A stretch of DNA of 63,236 nt, counting the filler. It is 4 parts of 4 records of this genome, joined end to end, with 100 filler letters (N's around TTAATTAATTAA, not from the genome) between each part and the next. Parts side by side here need not be neighbours in the genome. Positions count along the whole stretch, not along the records: positions 30,354 to 56,900 come from SRR2962707_4257; positions 57,001 to 63,236 come from SRR2962707_4258; 2 more parts are not named here. One strand, written 5' to 3'. The notes under the pieces were generated by a model. That model did no database searches. It saw only the letters and a program-made list of their open reading frames with translations, and was not told where the DNA came from. Positions 50,918-58,249 of the stretch are shown one piece after another. The translations under genes and the position numbers were made by a program. Position 1 is the first letter of the stretch; each line of letters starts with the position of its first letter.

Positions 50918-52834
50918 GTGTTTGATCAGGCACGAAACCCGGTAAGCCGGGAAAACATGGCGGCGGTGATTGCCGTCGCCATGTCGGCTTACCATCTCTA
51001 TACAGGTTTTTTCGGGGCGCCGATCGGCGAAATCCATTACCCGCTTCACCTGCTTTTCGCATTATTGATCCTGTTTATAACGAGCGATCATCCCAATTTG
51101 ACGGGGCCGAAACTATGGGCTGCCCGGGCATATGATCTCGTCATGATCGGCTTGGCAATCGCGTCGACCGGATATCTGTTTCTGAACGCGGAATATCTGA
51201 CGACACGTATGATGCTGGTTGACCCGCTTACTCCAACAGAGATGACCCTTGGCATAGCCATGATGCTGGTGGTCCTGGAGGCCGCCAGACGCGCTGTCGG
51301 GTGGGCGTTGGTTATCGTTTTGGCGGTCTTCTTTGTTTATGCGTACGGCGGCAATATTTTGCCGTTCCCGCTGTGGCATCGCGGCTATTCTGTCGAGTAC
51401 ATGCTGGACTACACATACCTGACCACCGATGGCGTATTCGGTGTGCCGGTTGCCGTTATGGCGAGCTATGTATTCCATTTTGTTCTGTTCGGGGCGTTCC
51501 TGGTTGCCTCCGGCGCCGGTGACTTTTTCACGGATTTTGCACGTGCCCTGACCGGGCGCGCCACGGGCGGGCCAGCAAAGACCGCCGTCGTTTCAAGCAC
51601 GCTCATGGGTATGCTGTCCGGCAGTTCCGCGGCGAACGTCGTGACCACGGGGTCTTTCACCATCCCTGCGATGCGCAAAAGCGGTTATTCAGCGAGGTTC
51701 GCGGCTTCGGTTGAGGCGGTCGCCTCATCAGGCGGTCAGATCACGCCGCCGATCATGGGGGCTGCGGCGTTCATCATGATGGAATTTGTCGGTGTCCCGT
51801 ATTCGACGATTATGGGCATCGCCATTATACCGGCTGTTTTATATGTCCTGGCCGTATTTTTCATGGTCGACCTCGAAGCGCGGCGGTTAAACCTGAAAGT
51901 CCTGCAGGAAGAGCGCATCCCTGAGCTTTGGGCGGTATTGAAGAAACGCGGGTACTTGCTGATATCCATCGGGGTCATGCTGTGGCTGCTCATTGATGGC
52001 TGGACGCCGACAACAGCTGCCGTGTGGTCGATCGCATCGCTGCTTATTCTTCTCGTCCTGTTCGATCCGCAGAACCGGAAACGCATTCACCTTGTTTGTT
52101 GGGATGCAATGGTCAAGGCACCGTCCATGGTCGCCCCGGTGACGATTGCATGTGCTGTCGGCGGGATCCTGGTCGGCTTGATCACATTGACCGGTCTTGG
52201 ATTGCGCATGAGTACGATCATTCTCGATTTCTCCGGCGGGCATCTGATCATTATTCTCATACTGACGACGATCATGGGGATCATCCTGGGTATGGGGATG
52301 CCAACGTCGGGTGCCTACATCATCCTGGCGTCGCTTCTGGCACCTGGGTTGGAAGAAGCGGGTGTCGAAATTCTGGCGGCACACATGTTCATTATGTATG
52401 TCGCCGCAAAATCGTCGATAACACCGCCGGTTGCCATTGCATCATATGCAGCCGCGGCAATAGCGGGCACAGATCCATGGAAAACGAGTCTGTTGGCCTT
52501 CAAACTCGGTTTGTCGGTTTTCATCATTCCGTACATGTTCGTCTATAGCCCGGCACTGCTGGGTCTTGCCCCGCCGCTGGAAGTCACGTGGGTCTTCATC
52601 ACGGCCGTTTTCGGTATCTTTGCGCTCTCGGTGGCGTGCATCGGCTGGCTGTTCGATACGTTGTCAGCATTCGAACGCTGCCTCGCCTTTGGCGCATCAT
52701 TGTTGATGATCCAGCCTTATTGGCTCACGGACGGTCTTGGATTCACCATCTTCAGCTTGTTGGCTCTCTTCGTCTACAAACGATCAAAGCGCACCAGGCA
52801 GGACCAGCCGTTAACGGTCGAAACCTCATCTTAA
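50918..52834 (+). CDS. TRAP transporter fused permease
   Basis: GGPAKTAV, SGSSAANVVTTGSFTIP, GGQITPPIMG, LGMGMPT, ITPPVA. Confidence 0.94.
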   Translation: MFDQARNPVSRENMAAVIAVAMSAYHLYTGFFGAPIGEIHYPLHLLFALLILFITSDHPNLTGPKLWAARAYDLVMIGLAIASTGYLFLNAEYLTTRMMLVDPLTPTEMTLGIAMMLVVLEAARRAVGWALVIVLAVFFVYAYGGNILPFPLWHRGYSVEYMLDYTYLTTDGVFGVPVAVMASYVFHFVLFGAFLVASGAGDFFTDFARALTGRATGGPAKTAVVSSTLMGMLSGSSAANVVTTGSFTIPAMRKSGYSARFAASVEAVASSGGQITPPIMGAAAFIMMEFVGVPYSTIMGIAIIPAVLYVLAVFFMVDLEARRLNLKVLQEERIPELWAVLKKRGYLLISIGVMLWLLIDGWTPTTAAVWSIASLLILLVLFDPQNRKRIHLVCWDAMVKAPSMVAPVTIACAVGGILVGLITLTGLGLRMSTIILDFSGGHLIIILILTTIMGIILGMGMPTSGAYIILASLLAPGLEEAGVEILAAHMFIMYVAAKSSITPPVAIASYAAAAIAGTDPWKTSLLAFKLGLSVFIIPYMFVYSPALLGLAPPLEVTWVFITAVFGIFALSVACIGWLFDTLSAFERCLAFGASLLMIQPYWLTDGLGFTIFSLLALFVYKRSKRTRQDQPLTVETSS

Positions 52835-52871
52835 TTTAATACGATAACTCGGAAGGACTAAGGAAGTTCGA

Positions 52872-54968
52872 ATGGAAAACTATTCGCTCGGCATCGACAT
52901 CGGTGGCACATTTACAGACGTCGTCGTGTATGACCACGCCACAAACACCCAGGTCAGCACAAAAATTCTGACCACTCACGGTAATCCGTCGGATGCGGTG
53001 CTTGAAGGTGTAAAGGCATTGATTGGCGAGGCCAATCTGGATCCGGCCAAATTTGGTCGTGTGGTTCATGCGACAACGCTTTTCACCAATGCCCTGATCG
53101 AACGACGTGGCGCAAAAACAGGTCTGATCACGACCAAGGGATTTCGTGACAATCTGGAAATCGGTCGAGAGCGGAAATTCTCACTGTACGACATTGCCAT
53201 TCGTAAGCCCGAAAGCTTGGTGCCGCGTGATCTTCGTTGCGAAGTCCTCGAGCGCCTGAACGCCGACGGCGACGTGATCACGCCGCTGGATGAAGACGCG
53301 GTGCTGGCGGCGGCGGACGACCTTATTTCAAAGGGTGTAACGTCGATTGCCGTGGTGTTCCTGCACTCGTATCTGAACCCCGTGCATGAAAAACGCGCCA
53401 TAGAACTGCTGCGCGAAAAGCACCCGACGCTGACCGTGACGGGATCGTTCGAAGTGGCGCCCGAGGTTCGTGAATACGAGCGGGGTTCCACGGCGACAGC
53501 AAACGCGTACATCAAGCCGCTGGCTGAGAACTACATCGATGCGCTGGCCGATAAAATCAAGGCAGCCGGTATTCCGTCACAAATGCATCTGATGATTTCA
53601 TCAGGCGGTTTGACGCATACGTCGGAAGCCAAACGCGTGCCTGTACAGATGCTTGAATCGGGACCTGCCGCGGGTGCGTTGGCCGCCGCCTTTTTCGGCA
53701 AGCACGATGCCGGCGGGAATGTGCTGGCTTTTGATATGGGGGGCACAACCGCCAAGCTTAGTCTGGTCGATGACGGTGAGCCACTGATCGCCTATGGTTT
53801 CGAGGCCGCGCGCCAAAAGCGGTTCGTCGAAGGCAGTGGATTGCCGATCCGGATTTCGACAATCGAGTTGATTGAAATCGGTTCCGGTGGTGGATCGATC
53901 GCGCATCGGGACGCGCTCGGATTATTGAAGGTTGGCCCGCGGAGCGCCGGATCGGAACCGGGACCTGCGGCCTATGGCCTGGGTGGGACGGAGCCGACGG
54001 TAACCGACGCCGCCTTTGTGCTGGGCTATCTGAATCCTGAATATTTTGCGGGCGGCATGCTTGCTGTCGATATGGCCGCTGCTGAAAAAGCTCTGGATAA
54101 GGTCGCGCTTGAAGCCGGCCTGACGCGAACGGAAATCGCCTGGGGCATTCATGATATCGTCACTGAAAACATGGCCAGTGCGGCGCGTGTGCACATCGCC
54201 GAGCGCGGACGTGATCCACGGGATTATGCGCTTCTCTGCACAGGCGGCGCCGGTCCGGTTCATGCCTATGCGGTTGCCCGGAAGCTGGGTCTGAAAAAGA
54301 TCGTTTGCCCGGCATCTGCGGGCGTTGCCTCGGCACTTGGGCTGCTGGTCGCGCCGGGGCGTGTTGACCGGGTTGCGACGGTCGGTGCCATTCTGGACAA
54401 ATGCGATCTTTCCGAGCTTGAAGCAGCATTTGTAAAACTCGAAGACGAGGCAAAAGGCGTGATCGCCGAGACCGGGCTTGATTCCGAAGGGGCGGTGTAT
54501 CAGCGATTGGCCGATGGCCGCTTCAGTGGTCAAGGCTTTGATCTTGTCGTTGAATTGCCGGCCGGCCCCTTCAAAACCGAAGACGACCGCCGGGCGTTGA
54601 AGGAAGCTTTCGAAGCCGGATACCGCCAGAAGTTCAGCCGGACACCACCTGACGTTCCCGTCGAGTTCCTCAACATCCGCGTCGCGGGCCGTGCGTCCAT
54701 TCCGGGCGGTGAAGTCAAGCTGACCGGGAAATCGGGGATGCAGGACAGCGCCGTCAAAGGGACGCGCCCGACGTACTTCCCCGACGTTCAGGATTACGTT
54801 GAGACCAAGGTCTACAACCGGACGCTTTTGTCGGTCGGCGATACCCTTGAGGGACCAGCGATAATCGAGGATGCCGATTCGACATTGGTCGTTGGACCAG
54901 GGTCTTCGATTGAAATTGCCGAAACCGGCAACATTGTCGTCACGATGCCGGCACAGGAAGGAAATTAA
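52872..54968 (+). CDS. Hydantoinase A / oxoprolinase family (ATP-binding subunit)
   Basis: DIGGTFTD, REYER, ESGPAAG, DMGGTT, IGSGGGSIA, PTVTDA. Confidence 0.93.
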   Translation: MENYSLGIDIGGTFTDVVVYDHATNTQVSTKILTTHGNPSDAVLEGVKALIGEANLDPAKFGRVVHATTLFTNALIERRGAKTGLITTKGFRDNLEIGRERKFSLYDIAIRKPESLVPRDLRCEVLERLNADGDVITPLDEDAVLAAADDLISKGVTSIAVVFLHSYLNPVHEKRAIELLREKHPTLTVTGSFEVAPEVREYERGSTATANAYIKPLAENYIDALADKIKAAGIPSQMHLMISSGGLTHTSEAKRVPVQMLESGPAAGALAAAFFGKHDAGGNVLAFDMGGTTAKLSLVDDGEPLIAYGFEAARQKRFVEGSGLPIRISTIELIEIGSGGGSIAHRDALGLLKVGPRSAGSEPGPAAYGLGGTEPTVTDAAFVLGYLNPEYFAGGMLAVDMAAAEKALDKVALEAGLTRTEIAWGIHDIVTENMASAARVHIAERGRDPRDYALLCTGGAGPVHAYAVARKLGLKKIVCPASAGVASALGLLVAPGRVDRVATVGAILDKCDLSELEAAFVKLEDEAKGVIAETGLDSEGAVYQRLADGRFSGQGFDLVVELPAGPFKTEDDRRALKEAFEAGYRQKFSRTPPDVPVEFLNIRVAGRASIPGGEVKLTGKSGMQDSAVKGTRPTYFPDVQDYVETKVYNRTLLSVGDTLEGPAIIEDADSTLVVGPGSSIEIAETGNIVVTMPAQEGN

Positions 54969-54970
54969 TT

Positions 54971-56578
54971 ATGGACGCCAACACCACTAAATTCGATGCC
55001 GTTCTGATGGAAGTCCTCTGGACTCGTGTGATCTCCATCGTCGATGAGGCGGCGAAAGCCATCGTGCGGACATCCTTTTCAACACTGTCGACGGAAGCCA
55101 ACGATTTTGCATGTGTGATCACCGATACGCGTGGTTATTCGATGGCGCAGAATTCCGGCTCGATACCTTCATTCATCGCGACGTTGCCGGCGACGGTCCG
55201 TCATATGCTGCGGATCATTGGTCCCGAAAATATGCATCCGGGCGATGTCTTGATTACCAACGATCCATGGATGGGCACCGGCCATCTGAGCGATGTATGC
55301 ATCATCAAGCCTATTTTTCGCGGCGATAAACTGGTTGGTTTCGGCGCAACCACGGCCCACGTCCCGGATATCGGCGGTCGGCTCAGAGCGGTGGAATCGC
55401 GTCAGGTCTTCGAAGAGGGTTTGCAGATCCCGCCGATGCACCTGATCCGCGGCGGCGAGACAGACCCCACGTTGGAGCTCCTGATCCGGACCAATGTGCG
55501 CACCCCGGACCAGACCATCGGCGATATCTGGGCGCAGGTGGGTGCCAATGAACTGATGTCCAATCGTGTGCTGTCTCTGATGGACGAATACGATCTGGAT
55601 AACCTGGAAGATTTCGGGGACGAGCTGTTCTCCAGGACCGAGGTGGCGATGCGTGAAGCCATTTCGGCGTTACCCGATGGAACCTATGACTTCGGGTTCG
55701 AAACGGACGGAGCAGACGAGCCGTACGTGTTCAAGATCGCGCTTACGGTCAAAGGTGATGAGATTTCGATGGATTATGCGGGATCCTCGCCGGCCCAGCC
55801 GCGGGCAATTAACTGTGTCCTGGCGTATACCTATGCGATGTCCGCCTATGCGGTGAAGTGTGCCTTGCTGCCGGACCTTGCGAATAACGAGGGCATGTTC
55901 CGTCCCATCAGTGTGACCGCACCCGAAGACTCTATTCTCAATCCGAGGTATCCGGCCTCTGTGGTTGCCCGCTCGAACACCGGCCATTATGTGCCGGTCC
56001 TTGTTTTCGGTGCCTTGCAACAGGTCGTTCCGGACCGGGTTATGGCCGGCGCGGGCTCGCCTTTGTGGGTGTTTACGGTCACGGGGATCACCAACGAAGG
56101 GAAGACGTTCGCGAACGTGCTGTTCTACAACGGCGGTATGGGGGCGACGATGCATGCTGACGGCGAAAGTGCACTGTCGTGGCCGAGCAACATCTCATCG
56201 ACGCCCGTTGAAGTGTCTGAACGTAACGGACCGCTGCATTGCACATTCAAGCGGTTGCGTCCCGGATCGGGCGGCCCCGGCCGGACCAGAGGCGGGCTTG
56301 GCCAGGATATTGAATTCGAATCCACGTCGGAGCGCCCGTTGGTGGTCATGTTCATGACGGAGCGCACCAAGTTCCCGGCCGCCGGGCTTGACGGTGGTGG
56401 ATACGGTGAAGTCGGCGCGGTCGAGATTAATGGCGTGCCGGTAGAGGTCCACAAGCAACACGTGCTGAATAAGGGCGACAAGGTCTTGCTGCGCACCCCC
56501 GGCGGGGGCGGCTATGGCAATCCGGCGGATCGCCCGGCGGATCAGAATGAGGCCGATCTCAGGCTGGGATATGTCTAA
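54971..56578 (+). CDS. Hydantoinase B / oxoprolinase family subunit
   Basis: NDPW.G.GHLSD, AHVPDIGG, EEGLQIPP, N.RTP, TPGGGGYG.P. Confidence 0.93.
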   Translation: MDANTTKFDAVLMEVLWTRVISIVDEAAKAIVRTSFSTLSTEANDFACVITDTRGYSMAQNSGSIPSFIATLPATVRHMLRIIGPENMHPGDVLITNDPWMGTGHLSDVCIIKPIFRGDKLVGFGATTAHVPDIGGRLRAVESRQVFEEGLQIPPMHLIRGGETDPTLELLIRTNVRTPDQTIGDIWAQVGANELMSNRVLSLMDEYDLDNLEDFGDELFSRTEVAMREAISALPDGTYDFGFETDGADEPYVFKIALTVKGDEISMDYAGSSPAQPRAINCVLAYTYAMSAYAVKCALLPDLANNEGMFRPISVTAPEDSILNPRYPASVVARSNTGHYVPVLVFGALQQVVPDRVMAGAGSPLWVFTVTGITNEGKTFANVLFYNGGMGATMHADGESALSWPSNISSTPVEVSERNGPLHCTFKRLRPGSGGPGRTRGGLGQDIEFESTSERPLVVMFMTERTKFPAAGLDGGGYGEVGAVEINGVPVEVHKQHVLNKGDKVLLRTPGGGGYGNPADRPADQNEADLRLGYV

Positions 56579-56665
56579 CGCCGTTCCCGGCAGGTAACGA
56601 CCAAAGCGTATCCGTGCATGAAGCCGCTGGAACGCTTCATGCCATCATTTAAAGAGATGCCGACC

Positions 56666-56697
56666 TTGAGGGCGCAGGATAAACCCTGCGCCCTCAA
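56666..56697. terminator. Strong hairpin downstream of the hydantoinase operon
   Basis: TTGAGGGCGCAGG-ATAAAC-CCTGCGCCCTCAA 13-bp perfect stem. Confidence 0.65.
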
Positions 56698-56870
56698 ATG
56701 TTGATGACACCCCATTGGCGATATTCTCTCCCCGGCAGCATCAGCGGGCAGATACGTTTCCAGGTGGCATGACGCCGTATTGCAGCCGGCAAAGGGCAGG
56801 GCGAGCGCCCAATGGCTTGCCTTTGAAAACGAATACCAGAAATACGTTGATCTAAAATTCTGCGAGGATT

Positions 56871-56900
56871 TGGCGCACCCGACAGGATTCGAACCTGTGA
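56871..56900 (-). tRNA. tRNA 3' fragment (T-arm, acceptor strand, CCA), probably tRNA-Arg(CCG), cut by contig end
   Basis: Reverse complement TCACAGGTTCGAATCCTGTCGGGTGCGCCA. The anticodon is not visible; the isotype is from recalled similarity only. Confidence 0.75.
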
Positions 56901-57000
56901 NNNNNNNNNNNNNNNNNNNNNNNNNNNNNNNNNNNNNNNNNNNNTTAATTAATTAANNNNNNNNNNNNNNNNNNNNNNNNNNNNNNNNNNNNNNNNNNNN
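56901..57000. other. Artificial contig spacer
   Basis: N44-TTAATTAATTAA-N44. Confidence 0.99.
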
Positions 57001-57100
57001 GCTTCCAGGATAAGTGGGCACCACTTATCCTGTTCGGAAGCGCTATAAAACAAAGACTTAGAGCAATTGAGGCGGTTCATAGAAGCGTTGAAATGCTCTA
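57001..57100. repeat. Hyphomicrobiales palindromic repeat (Bru-RS-like), truncated by contig start
   Basis: CAGGATAAGTGG-GCA-CCACTTATCCTG hairpin, AAAACAAAGACTTAGAGCA core, terminal TAGAGCA..TGCTCTA hairpin. Confidence 0.7.
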
Positions 57101-57520
57101 ACCCTCGCCCAGAACATGCAAAACGATCTGCCGCCGGTGCGGCGCATCGCGATGCTCGAAAAGATAGATGCCCTGCCACGTCCCCAGTGCGGGACGACCG
57201 TCGGTCACCGGAATGGAAATCGAGGTCTGGGTCAGTGCCGATTTGATGTGGGCAGGCATGTCGTCGGGCCCTTCGGTGGTGTGGGTGACCCACTCCATGT
57301 TGCGCGGCACCAATTTGGCAAAGAATGTGTTGAGATCGGCCTGAACGTCGGGATCGGCGTTTTCCTGGATCAAGAGCGAGCACGACGTGTGCCGGCAATA
57401 GACCGTCAAGAGCCCATCACCAATACGGCTCGATGCCATGAAACGCCCCAGTTCGGGCGTAAATTCATAGAGCCCCTGCCCGCGTGTGGTGATTTCCAAA
57501 GTCTCGCTCGATTGCCGCAT
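57098..57520 (-). CDS. yjbQ: Secondary thiamine-phosphate synthase YjbQ (UPF0047)
   Basis: HTSCSLLIQENADPDV, EGPDDMPAHIKS, LGTWQGIYLFEHR. Confidence 0.93.
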   Translation of the reverse strand: MRQSSETLEITTRGQGLYEFTPELGRFMASSRIGDGLLTVYCRHTSCSLLIQENADPDVQADLNTFFAKLVPRNMEWVTHTTEGPDDMPAHIKSALTQTSISIPVTDGRPALGTWQGIYLFEHRDAPHRRQIVLHVLGEG

Positions 57521-57568
57521 CCTGCACCGTCCTTTGCCGCCTGCGCCACCCTATCCGAAACGTGGCAC

Positions 57569-57593
57569 GGAACCCAAACGCGCCGGTCGCGTT
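57569..57593 (+). promoter_or_regulatory. EcfG/RpoE2 (general stress sigma) promoter
   Basis: GGAAC-N16-CGTT exact consensus, oriented toward the 57732 gene. Confidence 0.65.
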
Positions 57594-57731
57594 TTTGTGA
57601 CATCTCAAGCGCGCGCCGTTCAATGCGGCATCGCACTGCCCCTTCAGTGGTGCTGATACAGGCGCGCGCTTGACACCTGACATCGACAGGCGACGCCCGC
57701 CCCACGATGTTCAACCGAATGGAGACTCAAA

Positions 57732-58106
57732 ATGGCTGATATTGATCGCGACTACACGGATCGCAATCGCACCGAACGCGAGCGCGTCTATGCAGTCAAT
57801 TCCGGCGGCAGCACCGGTTGGTGGATCGGCGGCGTGCTCGTTCTCGCTGTGCTGATTATTGGCTTTATCGCGCTGAGCGGTGGTGAACCTGCCCCTGTGG
57901 ACACCGCCCCCACCGCAGTTGAAACCACCCGTCCGGCGACCGAACCTGCCCCCATGACGGAAACAGCTCCGGCAACTGAACCCGCCCCGGCGGTTGAAGC
58001 TGCTCCCGAAGCCGCCGCCCCGGTGGAAACGGCTCCGGCTGAAGCTGCCCCGGCTGAGGCTGCGCCTGCTGAAGCGGCCCCCGTGGAAGCGGCCCCGGCA
58101 CAATAA
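57732..58106 (+). CDS. Small single-pass membrane protein with Ala/Pro/Glu-rich tail
   Basis: RBS GGAG, one TM (WWIGGVLVLAVLIIGFIAL), (EAAPA)n repeats, followed by a terminator. Confidence 0.8.
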   Translation: MADIDRDYTDRNRTERERVYAVNSGGSTGWWIGGVLVLAVLIIGFIALSGGEPAPVDTAPTAVETTRPATEPAPMTETAPATEPAPAVEAAPEAAAPVETAPAEAAPAEAAPAEAAPVEAAPAQ

Positions 58107-58119
58107 AATTTTCCAATTA

Positions 58120-58150
58120 GGGGCGTGTCGTCCGGACACGCCCCGCTTTT
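58120..58150 (+). terminator. Rho-independent terminator
   Basis: GGGGCGTGTC-GTCCG-GACACGCCCC then GCTTTT. Confidence 0.75.
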
Positions 58151-58249
58151 CGTTCAGCTTGGCGTCATTTTGACAATGTTATCGACCCTTTTTCGTGTGA
58201 CCGCGTTCAGCGGCCACATCATTTGCCGGGGGGCAGAGGAGAAAATCCC

